Position numbers and translations under genes: made by a program. The notes below the pieces were generated by a model. The model saw only the letters and a list, made by a program, of their open reading frames with translations. It did no database searches and was not told the origin of the DNA. From Chloropicon primus (taxonomy: Eukaryota): a stretch of 64,000 bases of DNA. The stretch lies in assembly GCA_023205875.1 (NCBI GenBank), contig CP060759.1, positions 124,001-188,000 of the forward strand. Direction: 5' to 3'. Below, piece by piece: positions 33,012 through 43,510 of the stretch. How positions within the stretch are numbered: the first letter of the stretch is position 1; every line of letters starts with the position of its first letter.

Positions 33012-33548
33012 CGTCACGATGCTCCTCCCTCCCCGCTTCTCAGAAACGCAACAGCACAACGCCCGAGCTCCCTCGGTGGTGGTCCTCCTCCAAGAGTGTC
33101 CAAGAGCAAAGCCAACGAGAACAACGCAAACAAAAACTGAGCAGAGGGTTTGCAAAAGTCACAAACTCGGCCGCGGAAGCCCTCGGTCACCCCCCCCCCA
33201 CGCACACACACACCTCCCGACCCAATCACTCCTCCCTCGGGCACAGCAAGCCTTCCCCTTGGCCTCTCTGTTCATCTTGGGCCTCCCGGTTACAATATTG
33301 TATTGTACCAAGAGAGAGAGAGAGAGAGAGAGAGAGGAGGAGGAGGAAGAGGGACATCGGGCGGCGAGGACGACGGGGAAGGCGGTTAGTGGCGGAGGAG
33401 TGGTTAGAATCGGAAGCGTTGTGTCTTCCTCTTTCGTTCGAGTGGTCTCTTGAAGGAAACGACGTCGTGGTGAGGATCAATTGGGTCAGAACGATTTACA
33501 GCAGAGGAGGGAGCAGAGAAGTTGTTTTGTTTGCTGCTGTTTGTTGGA

Positions 33549-34484
33549 ATGGGAGGTCGAAGGTCGATGGTGCAGAGGTACCTCGTGGTGCATGAGTACG
33601 TGGGACAGGCGTTCAGCGGTTGGCAGAAGCAGCCCGATGGCGTGAGAACGGTACAGGGGGTCCTGGAGAAAGCCATCAGTGACTTCATTGGTGCGGAAAC
33701 GATCGTGCTGGGGTCGAGTCGGACGGACACAGGGGTGCACGCCTTGGCGAACACGTGCCACGTGGACTTGTGCAGGAAGCCAAGGCGAGGGAAGAGCGGG
33801 AGCGACGAGAGCGAGAGCGAGGACGACGGCGCGGCGAAGAGGAAGCCGTACAGCTGCAGTGAAGTGAGAAAGGCCATCAATGCGAGGATAGGGGACGCGG
33901 AGGTGCGGGTGACCAAAGTCATGAAGGTGGATGCCGAGTTCCACGCGAGGTTTCAAGCCAAGGGGCGGACGTACTTTTACAGGATCGCCTGCGGCCCGCA
34001 GGAGGGCCAGATGAGCTTGTTTCACCGGGGCCAGACCTGGGACGTGAACAAGGACTTGGACGTCCCGCTCATGCGGGAAGCGGCGAAGCTCCTGGTGGGG
34101 ACTCACGATTTCTCGAGCTTTAGGACCTCCAAGTGCCAGGCACTGACCCCGGTGAAGACTTTGGCGTCGTTTGAGATCGACTTGGACGACGAGAGGCAGT
34201 TCTGGCCGCGGCGGTACTTGGAGGATGAGGTGACGCGGCGAAAAAATTTGCTCATCACCGTATCTGCACCCTCCTTCCTCTACCACCAAGTCAGGCTGAT
34301 GGTGGGCCTCGTCAAGGCTGTTGGAGCTGGCGAGCTACCGCTGAGCGACGTTTCCAAGGTGCTTGAAGCGAAAGACGTCAAGGCTCTTCGGGCGGCCATG
34401 GCTCCGGCCCACGGCCTGTACTTGGCTTCCGTGGATTATGATGAGCGCAAGCACTTTCACGAGGATCATCGCGGCGAAGAGTGA
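33549..34484 (+). CDS. truA: tRNA pseudouridine(38-40) synthase, TruA family
   Basis: EYVGQAFSGWQKQ, SSRTDTGVHA (catalytic Asp), FHARF, GTHDFSSFR, SFLYHQVRLMVG, APAHGLYL. Confidence 0.95.
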   Translation: MGGRRSMVQRYLVVHEYVGQAFSGWQKQPDGVRTVQGVLEKAISDFIGAETIVLGSSRTDTGVHALANTCHVDLCRKPRRGKSGSDESESEDDGAAKRKPYSCSEVRKAINARIGDAEVRVTKVMKVDAEFHARFQAKGRTYFYRIACGPQEGQMSLFHRGQTWDVNKDLDVPLMREAAKLLVGTHDFSSFRTSKCQALTPVKTLASFEIDLDDERQFWPRRYLEDEVTRRKNLLITVSAPSFLYHQVRLMVGLVKAVGAGELPLSDVSKVLEAKDVKALRAAMAPAHGLYLASVDYDERKHFHEDHRGEE

Positions 34485-34567
34485 GCGGAGCGCGGCCACC
34501 CGCGGAGCGGCGACTGTCGGCGATTATCGGTCACTTAAATATATAATATACTGCTGTATCAACATTC

Positions 34568-37432
34568 TCAAAGATTCATTAAGCCCCTACCGAAGTACTC
34601 TGCCACCACAGCAAATCCATCCCCAGAGTGTTGAAGTTGGGTGAAAAATTTATCCGGCTCAGCAATGCTAGCGCGCTGCGACCTTCTCATATCCAGAATG
34701 GTATAGTTCTGGGGCGTGCAAATCGGGCACTCCCTCTCGTTCTCGCCCAAGCACCTGCTGTGGTAGGAGTGCATGCACAGAAAATGGACGGCGGGGAGCT
34801 CCAGCGGCGCACTGCACGCGGAGCACTTGCTGTTCTGGAAGACCCTGGCCTGCGTCCTGAGGTCCTTGAGCTCCTTTTGCATGCTGGTCGCCTCCCTCCT
34901 GTACTTTTGGATGGCCCTCTGGTCCTCCTCGATGATAGCGCTCTCGTCCTTTAGTACCCTCGACATGTAGTCCTTGACGACAGAGAGGGTCAAATGAGTG
35001 TTTTGGGACAAAATCTGCAGCACGACGATGGCAGGAAGCAAGTTCCTGCTCTCTATATGAGCCAGGACTTCCTTGACCTCCGTGGAGCAGTCTCCGTCGT
35101 ACTTTCCAAAGAATTCCAAGACGTCAATCCACAGCCTCGAGTCGCCACCGTAGCTCTCATCCCCCAACCTCATCACCGCCTGAATTAAGCCCGGGCAATC
35201 GTTGTCGTCCATGTAGACTTTCAGGACGTCCCTGTACATGTTCATCCTCTCATAAAGGAAGACGATTCCTTTCTTGAAGGCGTGCAAGTGGCAAACGACC
35301 AAGGCGTTTTCGGCGTCGTACTTTGGCTCCCCGCCCGTTGGCCACCCGTTCTTCAGCAACGCAAATGCCTTGTCAAGCCTGTCGCTGTACTCCGCGCTGA
35401 GCTCGCTGTCCTTCTCCTGCCTTGGCCCTGGCCCGCCGCCAACGGGTGACATTTGCCAAACCGCCCTGTTCGGGGCCATGGGATCGACGCTGTCCGTAAG
35501 CTTGTTGGTCAGATACAGCTCGAGAAGCGTCGAGTACAAGATGTTCTCGGACAGAGGCTCTGGACCGCTGTTTAGGACGTACTCGAAGAAAACCATCAGC
35601 GCGCGCGGCTGTTGGGCAAAGAGGTGGATGAAGTCCGCAGGCTTTGCCGGAGGCATTGCGGCGTCGCCATCTGAGCTCGGCGTGCAGAGCCTCATGAGCA
35701 ATGCGGTAGTCTCCTCTGGCCGGCTTGTCACAAGCATCTTTCCGTACTTCTTCAGCGCCTCCACTGCCCTCACCGAGCTCAGGTTCGACAAGTAGTGGAG
35801 AGCATCCTCGTAGCGCTGGCAGTCTTCCAGCAGAATTCTCAAGTACCAGCTCGTCTCCCCCGCGTGCTCCGCCACGTACAACGCGTGGTTGTAGTAACCA
35901 GAAGACCTGCAGACCTTGATCGCCGTGTCAATGTCGAATCGCCTGACGTACTCCTCTGGCGTGATGCCATTGTCCACGTGGATGAAAGCATCGAGCTTGG
36001 TGACGTCCTTCAGCTTCGTGTAACAGTTCAAGAGCAGAGTGGTGTGGTCAGCATTCGCCATCTCGTGGTGGTGAAGGCTCTCGAGGTAAGACGCCAAGCT
36101 CGGAATTCTCTGAGCATCAAGAAACTTCCTGATGACGTAACTCGGCTCCACCTCCCCGATCGTGAGGACGTACTGCTGCATGGCGTTGTCATAGTCCTGC
36201 TTGTTGTACAGGTGATCGCCATACTTCCTATAGATGTCCGCAACGAGGGACTTGTCCGAGTCGTACTGAGCGAGCTGAAGGGCCACGTTGTAAAGGTTCT
36301 TCCTGAAAAGGAGCTCCAGCTTGGTGGACATCTGCTTCTCCTTCAGGACAAAGCTTTGCCTCTGATCTCTGAGCAACACGTGGAGCTGGTCCCACTCGTA
36401 CACAATGTGAGCCACCTCGTCGACATCCTCGTTGAAGGTGATCATTTTGTTCTTCAGGTCGTAGACTGTCAGCACCTTCCGGTCCGAAGACGGCCGGCTG
36501 GACAGAGAGCACAAGTACCGCTTGAACCACAGCAGCTTGTGCTTGTACCCCTCGAACACATAGCACGGCCCCTTGCCATCCACTCCGTAGAGAAACACAG
36601 CTTCCGTCCTCCCCACGGCAAAGGTGTTGTCTGCCGTGACGACCGCGCAGTCCAAGTCCGCGCCCTCGGGCTCGTCGAACAGCTTTATGGGCTGGAAGGT
36701 CGACCCAGCGCCTCCGAGGTTGTATCCCTGACTCCGCCCTTTCGTGACCACAAAGAGTATCAAAGACGACCCCTCCGTGTGGTAGCCCAATCCGGTGATC
36801 GAATTGCTGGCATCGCCTCCGGCGTTCTCGTGGCCCGCAGATATTTTGAGCCTTGTCACTTTCTCCCTCACCACATCCCCCCGGATCACCAACACCATAC
36901 CGTTCGACATTCCTAGAGCGAGCGTCATGTTTGGCGCCCTCTCTTCATGCACCGCGACGACGGTGACATCTGCGTCCAAGAACTCGTTCTTCGAGGAGGA
37001 CTGAAAGAACTTTGAAGTGAACGGCCTTATCGTTCTCAGACATACCGGACCACTCGTGGGGTGAAGCCTGTTATAGTCCCACACCTTGATGGTCACCTTC
37101 CCCTTCGCGTCCGCTCCCCTGCTCCCGTCATCGTCCACTCCCACCGTCAGAAGAAAGTTGCGAAGCCCGAGATGCGTCACGAAGTGCGTCGCTCTGTCGT
37201 GGGCCTGGAAGATCGTCTTCGTCTCCGCCCAGCCTTCTCCTATCGAGCAAACTTCTCCGTTATCGCAACCGAAAGTTACCAGGTTCTTTCCAGACGTCGA
37301 GCACGTCGCGTTCTCCGGAAAGAGTCCGTGCGCCTCCTCGCCACCCTCCTCATCGCCCTGCTTCCGTATCGCCTGCTTGTCGAAGAAGTTGAACCGCTTC
37401 CACATGCCACCAGACCTCTGAAAGGCGTCCAT
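34568..37432 (-). CDS. VPS11: HOPS/CORVET class C core subunit Vps11
   Basis: WKRFNFFD, KYGDHLY, EPSYVIRKFLDAQRI, DHTTLLLNCYTKLKD. C-terminal RING-H2 CSAC...VHFLCMHSYHSRC...CPIC; VVAEYFGRG. Confidence 0.95.
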   Translation of the reverse strand: MDAFQRSGGMWKRFNFFDKQAIRKQGDEEGGEEAHGLFPENATCSTSGKNLVTFGCDNGEVCSIGEGWAETKTIFQAHDRATHFVTHLGLRNFLLTVGVDDDGSRGADAKGKVTIKVWDYNRLHPTSGPVCLRTIRPFTSKFFQSSSKNEFLDADVTVVAVHEERAPNMTLALGMSNGMVLVIRGDVVREKVTRLKISAGHENAGGDASNSITGLGYHTEGSSLILFVVTKGRSQGYNLGGAGSTFQPIKLFDEPEGADLDCAVVTADNTFAVGRTEAVFLYGVDGKGPCYVFEGYKHKLLWFKRYLCSLSSRPSSDRKVLTVYDLKNKMITFNEDVDEVAHIVYEWDQLHVLLRDQRQSFVLKEKQMSTKLELLFRKNLYNVALQLAQYDSDKSLVADIYRKYGDHLYNKQDYDNAMQQYVLTIGEVEPSYVIRKFLDAQRIPSLASYLESLHHHEMANADHTTLLLNCYTKLKDVTKLDAFIHVDNGITPEEYVRRFDIDTAIKVCRSSGYYNHALYVAEHAGETSWYLRILLEDCQRYEDALHYLSNLSSVRAVEALKKYGKMLVTSRPEETTALLMRLCTPSSDGDAAMPPAKPADFIHLFAQQPRALMVFFEYVLNSGPEPLSENILYSTLLELYLTNKLTDSVDPMAPNRAVWQMSPVGGGPGPRQEKDSELSAEYSDRLDKAFALLKNGWPTGGEPKYDAENALVVCHLHAFKKGIVFLYERMNMYRDVLKVYMDDNDCPGLIQAVMRLGDESYGGDSRLWIDVLEFFGKYDGDCSTEVKEVLAHIESRNLLPAIVVLQILSQNTHLTLSVVKDYMSRVLKDESAIIEEDQRAIQKYRREATSMQKELKDLRTQARVFQNSKCSACSAPLELPAVHFLCMHSYHSRCLGENERECPICTPQNYTILDMRRSQRASIAEPDKFFTQLQHSGDGFAVVAEYFGRGLMNL

Positions 37433-37853
37433 CTTGGCCTTCCTCTAACAACCTCCCTCGAACGAACGCCAAAATGGCAAAGTCCGGTACGAATGGAAAG
37501 CCCGAGACACGCCCTTTCGTTTGACGTGGGTCCCTTCCCGACCTTACCGCAAGTATCTGCCGCAATCTCCTCGCCTTTCCCTTCCAACCCAAACCAAACT
37601 CCACCTCCACGGAAGCCCTAACTGGTGAAGTGGCAAGCGCGGCAGTTTTCCCTGAACGAAACGCTCGAAGGTGTGGAGGGGCGCGGCGTGAAGGAGAGGA
37701 GGGAGACGAGGACGAGGAAGGGGAAGGAGGGCGAAGGTACGCGTGCGGTTGGAAGTGTCTTGTCGTTCTCTTTCGATCGACCGTCCGCTCGAACCGAGTG
37801 GTGGTCTGTGGAGGATCTGACGCCAGGGATTGTTGGTGGAGGGGAGGAAGGGG

Positions 37854-39799
37854 ATGGGAGGGGCCACGCTCAAGGGCAAGTTGGAGGAGAGGTGGAAGAA
37901 GTTGGGCGAGGGTCCGGAGGTGGAGGATGCGCTGAAAAGAGGGGGTAAGTTGTCGGAAGAGACGGTGGAGTTGAGGAGGCGCGCGGCGGTCGGAGAGGGA
38001 GAGCCGGGGCGTGAGGAGGAGGAGGAGGACAGCCTGGAGTACAGAGAGGTGTTCTCGAGTGGGAGGAAGAAGGATGCAGAGCCCGCGATCGTGGAGTTAT
38101 CGTTGGTCGAGATCAAGGAGAGGGCAAAGGAGGCGCTCCTGGATGAGGACTACGAGGAAGCGGAGGGGCTCTACACGGAGGGCCTGATGGAAATCAGGAG
38201 GATGGTTTCGGACAAGGGACAGGACTGTGGAAGCGGTGGCGGGGAAGGCGGTGAGAATCGGGTGGACTACGGCGACATGAACGACGCGGCTTCGATTCTC
38301 TACAGCAACAGGTCTCTCGTGAGGAAGAAGCAGCAGAGATGGCTCGAGTCCATCGCGGACGCTTACGCCGCGCACAAGCTGAGACCAGATTGGGCCAAAC
38401 CGTACTACAGGATTGCACAGGTAAGAAGGAATCCGGAGCTCTTCGGAAGCGGCGACATTCGAAGGTTACTCACGCCCACCTCTTTCTCCCTCTTCCTGTC
38501 GCGATTCAGGCGAAAGCGTGTCAGCTCGAGTACCGAGGCGCAATTGCCGCTTGCCGCCAGGGACAGAAGCTGCTGGATCAAAACGGCAGTCGATCGACGG
38601 AGTTCGTGGAATTGATGGACCAGATCTCGAACGCGGCATTCCTCGCGGGGTCGCTCGCTGGGTTCGACGGGCGACTGCTTCAAGTCAGGAGCGCGGGGGA
38701 GGAGGCTTGGCTCGGACGGGAGGCCCCCGCGAATCCTCTGATCGATGAGGTGCCCGAGGAGCTCTCGATGAACTCGCTGGGCTTGGATGACTCGGGCGAC
38801 GTGGATAGCGGGACGAGGGCTGCTTTGGTCGCGAAGCGGAAGAATGACGCCATCCAGGCCGGCACGGCTCAGCTCAGCTTCAGATCCATCAGAGATGCGG
38901 TCGAGGAAGCCAAGGATGGCGACAGGATCCTGATTCTAAGGGGCATCCACAACACGGGGGGGACGACCATCTTCGTGAACAAGAGAATTCTCATCAGAAG
39001 CGAGGGAACCCTGGAGGAGACGACTATAGACCACAGGGGGAACAGCCCCATTTTCAGACTGACGCGGAGCGCCGTGCTGCAGAACATCAACATCGACATG
39101 ACAGGTTTCAGAGAGTCCGTCTTCGTGTACGGCGGTCCTGAGGTGTCGCCCGTCATCGAGCACTGCAAATTCACGTGCTCGGGGGACGGCGCCATCAGCG
39201 TGGCTGGCAGGGCAAACCCAGTCGTCAGGCGATGTGAAATTGCTTCGTGCAAGAAAGTTGGGCTCAAGCTCTTCGAGCAAGCGAGAGGGGAGTACGTTGA
39301 TCTGAGGATCACTTCATGTCAACAGCAGGCCGTGAAATTGATGGAAAGGTCGAGCGGGAAGTTTTACAACTGCTCCTTCACGAAGAACGAGGAGGAGGGC
39401 GTCGTAGTCATGGATGCAGCGGAGGCTGTTCTGAGAGACTGCGTCGTAGCGAAGAACTCCGGACCTGGGGCGGACGTGAGCGGCAAGGGGAAGATTGCCG
39501 CGGAGAACTGCCAAATCGAGGGAAACGTGGGGGGCCTGTGGCTCTGGGATTCCGCAAAAGCTGTGGTGTCGGAGAGCACTATCGAAGGTGGCACCTCTCA
39601 CGTCATTCTGGCGGACGGGGACTCTCTGCCCCGTGTGGTGTCCTGCACGGTCGAGGGAATGATCCAGGCGACCGAGGAGGCCTGGGAGGGGATCTGCATG
39701 GAGACGAACACCCTGATAGAGCCGCTGAAATCCGTGGAGCTTCCGCCGGAGTCTGGCCCTTTCCATTTCGAGCCCGTTTGGTACGAAAGGAAGCAGTAG
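37854..39799 (+). CDS. TPR plus right-handed beta-helix (PbH1/CASH) protein; exons 37854-38420 and 38510-39799
   Basis: TPRs: LYSNRS...RPDWAKPYYRIAQ|AKA. Beta-helix cap FRSIRDAVEEAKDGDRILILRGIH followed by repeats IEHCKFT, VRRCEIA, FYNCSFT, LRDCVVA. Confidence 0.8.
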
Positions 39800-39879
39800 T
39801 AGCAGTGGAAAAAATAACAAATTTATTAAAACAAAAACAGTGTGCCTGGCGGCGCGCGCGCTTGAAATCAAACCCCGTC

Positions 39880-40878
39880 TCACAGCTTGGACTTTTGCTT
39901 CCTCTTGATCACGGCCTCGATCGTTCCGTGGGGCTCACTCGTGGGAAAGTACACGTCGTTGTCGAACTTGCTGGACACCGGGTGGAGAGGATTGAAGTGC
40001 AAGTTTGGCATATTCAGCAGAACCCAGTCCACCGACGGGAAGTTATCGATGACGGCCTCGCCCATCTCGTACAACGTCTTCTGGACCGAGGGGCTGTACG
40101 TGCCCGTCTTCGGCGGCCCGAAGAAAGTTTCCATGATCCTCTCCTTGATTGCCTCGTACTCCTCGTCGAACGAGGCCGCGATGGAGCGGTACCTCCACGT
40201 GCACGTCACCGAAGACGCCAGGAGTCTCTCCCTCGTTTCCGGCAGCAGGGTGTACTTGTCGCGCAGGTAGCCCTCGTAACCAGACTGCGTGGTCTTGCAG
40301 AGCCTCAGCTCCTTGAACCCTGACTGAACATCGTACTCTCCAGACCTGTGGACCTCCACCTTGGTCGTCCTGCTTTCAGTGCCCGTGGAAGCGAAGCCGT
40401 GGTTGTGGGACTCGCCCTGCACGCTCACCCTCTTCCACGGCTTTTGCTCCACCTCGATGATGGCGATGGAGACGAGGGGGTACTCGGACACGAACTTGCG
40501 TCCCAAGGCCAACGCGTACTCCTCCACAGAGCAAGGCGACTTCATCTGCTGCGCCACGTAGTAACACATGCTGAGTTGAGCACAAGAGAGAGTATGGGGC
40601 TGTCAGCGTGACAAGCTCGCGAGGACCTCGGAGTGCGAGACGGTGCCGGGGTGGCGGGTTCGGCTGATCGGCCGGTGCACTTACTTCTTCTGCGTGTCTG
40701 TCGCGGTCATTCCCCTGTTCGATCCCTCCTCGTACGAGTGCTCCATAGCCGAAATAAGGGTCGTGTTCACCGAGTACTCGACGAAGACGTTCTTCCCGTC
40801 CGCCATGCGCCAGACCCTCCCGACGCGGACACGGGACTTGCCGTGCTGGTGGCGTCCCAAGGTCGCCTCGCTCTTCAT
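39880..40878 (-). CDS. UOX: Uricase (urate oxidase), peroxisomal; exons 40878-40685 and 40570-39880
   Basis: HGKSRVRV, TATDTQK|N, KTTQSGYEG, YSPSVQKTLY, MPNLHF, SEPHGTIEA. C-terminal PTS1 SKL. Confidence 0.97.
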
Positions 40879-41027
40879 GTCGCCTCCCTCCTCGGTCCTC
40901 ACACGCAGCGACGCTCGGCTCGCTCGCTCGACTCTCGCTCCTCGGCTCGGCTCGGCGCGATGAGGGGCAACGTGTGTGCAAACTCAGCAAAGCAGAAAGG
41001 AAAAAAGTTACAATTTGTTGTTTGAAG

Positions 41028-42647
41028 TTACTCCCAAAGAATGACGTCCTTGCCGATGTTCGTGCTGGCGTGGATTTTGGGCTCGTTCCGGACCGGGCTG
41101 AACTTCTTGCCGTCCTTCTTGCCGCCGTCCTTCTTGCTGCCGTCCTTCTGGTCGTCGTCGTCCGGGCTGGCGCGCCAGGTGTGGGCCCAGTGGTGGACCA
41201 TGAAGGATTCCCTCGGGTAGTCCTTGTTCTGGTCCCCCACGAGATCGATCTCCTTGCATATGCGGGTGTAGGGATTATCGTTGTCCTTGGAGTTGGGGAC
41301 TTTGAGCTCGCTCTTCTTGAGAATGTCCTGGCACCTCCCGTACATGTTCTGGTTGAGATCGTACGCTGGCGCCGTGACATCCGGTCGAAGGAGGACGCAA
41401 GTTCTCGTCATCTCCGGGTTCCTCTGGATGGTGTTGTCCACCGCGATGGGCCCGGTGATCTTGGTGGCGTCCTTCTCCTCCTTGGGGCTCCTGTCCGCGT
41501 AGTACCTCTTGATGGTCTGCGGGATGAGCCACTTCCACAGCGGGTGGCCGGGCACGCTCCCCATGAAGGCGTTACCAATCATGTGGTACTTGTTGTAGGC
41601 CAAGATGGCGTGGGCCTCCGGCTCAAGGCCCACCATGCAATCCGGATTCTTCACGACCTCAACGAGGCCGTCCAAGGGCTGGAGGGGCTCGATGTCCATG
41701 TCCGCGTAGTACCCGCCGTACGTGTCCATCACCAGGTAACGGAAGATGTCCGACCTCTCCGCCGTTACCTGAAAGTCCGAGTAGAAAAAGTAGTACTCGG
41801 GGTAATAGTCCTTGACCAGCTTCTCGCACTCCTCGTCCGTCCAGATCTTGATCTCCCAGTCCGGGTTGAGGGCCCGCCACTTCAACTGAATCTTCCGAAA
41901 GAGCTCGGGGAGCTCGCTCAGCTTGTCGGTCTTCCAGGTGAAGTGCAGCTTCTTCGGAATTCCCTTGTGCCCCTTCTCGGGAACGACGGACAAGTCCCCC
42001 AACTGGTCGCCGCCCAGCTCTTGGATCGAGTCGTGGGCGTGCTCGTTCTCAAAGTCCAAGTCAAACCACCTCGGTATCACCAAATCGTTGTACTTGAGGG
42101 ACTTGTACAACTCCTTGGTCTCGTTGAGGGGAAGCTGGGTCCAGTGGTCCGACTCCGGTCTGGTGATCGCGAAGCGGGGCTTCTGCCCTCGCCCTTCCAT
42201 CGGCGGGGCCTCGAACGCAGCAGACACCGTGTTCTGCGCCTTGGCGACGCCCTTGCTGTCCTCCTCTCCAGCAGAACCATCAGGGTGATCATCAGGGTGA
42301 TCGGCGCCGGACTCTCGCGCCTTCGGAACGGAAGGGCTCACAGTGTACCTGCTCGTCACGTCGATGCGCGCGTTCTCTTCCCTCCCGCTCGCGAGCGCTG
42401 CCCCCGCGACCTTCGGCTCGCTCCTCGAGTCCTCGGAGGGAAGGGAGCTCGTCCGAAGCCTCTGACCCTGACCGCCCTTGTACTCTTCACCCCCCTTCGT
42501 CTTCTCCGGCGATGGGGCTGAGAAGGGAGAGAAGGCAAAGTAAGCCACGGCCCAGACCGCGATGAAGATGAACATGACCACGACCGGCATGTACCTCTTG
42601 ACTCCGGACCTTCTCGGGCTCCCTCCCCTTCCATTGCGGCCTCTCAT
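41028..42647 (-). CDS. GT32 (OCH1/SUR1-like, DXD) type II membrane glycosyltransferase
   Basis: N-terminal TM; IPKKLHFTWK, LNPDWEIKIWTD, ERSDIFRYLVMDTYGGYYADMD, PGHPLW, TGP, HHWAHTW. Confidence 0.9.
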   Translation of the reverse strand: MRGRNGRGGSPRRSGVKRYMPVVVMFIFIAVWAVAYFAFSPFSAPSPEKTKGGEEYKGGQGQRLRTSSLPSEDSRSEPKVAGAALASGREENARIDVTSRYTVSPSVPKARESGADHPDDHPDGSAGEEDSKGVAKAQNTVSAAFEAPPMEGRGQKPRFAITRPESDHWTQLPLNETKELYKSLKYNDLVIPRWFDLDFENEHAHDSIQELGGDQLGDLSVVPEKGHKGIPKKLHFTWKTDKLSELPELFRKIQLKWRALNPDWEIKIWTDEECEKLVKDYYPEYYFFYSDFQVTAERSDIFRYLVMDTYGGYYADMDIEPLQPLDGLVEVVKNPDCMVGLEPEAHAILAYNKYHMIGNAFMGSVPGHPLWKWLIPQTIKRYYADRSPKEEKDATKITGPIAVDNTIQRNPEMTRTCVLLRPDVTAPAYDLNQNMYGRCQDILKKSELKVPNSKDNDNPYTRICKEIDLVGDQNKDYPRESFMVHHWAHTWRASPDDDDQKDGSKKDGGKKDGKKFSPVRNEPKIHASTNIGKDVILWE

Positions 42648-42968
42648 CTCCGCGGACTTTTACGTGAAGCGTGAAGCGTTACGAACCACCCAAGCGAAAG
42701 AAGAAGAAAAAGAAAAAGAAAAGAAAAAGAAGCACCAGGAGTTCGACCGAACAACCTCAACGCCAACGCCCTCCCCCTCCTCCCTCTCCCCTCGTCTCGC
42801 CCTTCAACGCTCCTGCTGGTACGGCGACGACGACGACGACGCAGGTTTCGCGGTTTTCAGGTCAACGCCATCAAGAGAATCAACGGCAGGAAGAATTGCG
42901 AGAATTAGGAGATAATGAAGGTTTCTTGAAGTGAGGCGGGGTGGATCAGGTGGGGGAAGCAATGCCAG

Positions 42969-43434
42969 GGAAGCCTTCCCTCTCCCCCTCCATCCGCAAT
43001 CCACACACACACACACACACACACTCTCTCTCTCTCTCTTCGTCCTGCGGGCTTGCGAGCCACCACCACTCTTCTTTCGCCCAAGGGCAAAGGCTAACTC
43101 GATTTGCTCCGGACATCCTTGTGTTTCGGTGAAAGTGAAGCCGATCAGATCAGAACAGAACAGATCAGGTGGAAGCCTTCCCTCTCCCCCTCCATCCGCA
43201 ATCCACACACACACACACACACTCTCTCTCTCTCTCTTCGTCCTGCGGGCTTGCGAGCCACCACCACTCTTCTTTCGCCCAAGGGCAAAGGCTAACTCGA
43301 TTTGCTCCGGACATCCTTGTGTTTCGGTGAAAGTGAAGCCGATCAGATCAGAACAGAACAGATCAGGTGGAAGCCTTCCCTCTCCCCCTCCATCCGCAAT
43401 CCACACACACACACACACTCTCTCTCTTCGTCCT
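42969..43434. repeat. Tandem repeat of ~200-bp unit, ~2.3 copies, each with a (CA)n(CT)n tract
   Basis: The unit start 'aagccttccctctccccctcc' recurs at 42971, 43173 and 43371. Copies differ mainly in microsatellite length. Confidence 0.95.
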
Positions 43435-43510
43435 CCCTCCCTCCCTCTTCTGCCAATGCCGTGGCGCTCCAGGGGAGAGAAAGAGAGAGGGTCGGAGATC
43501 GCGCGACGCG

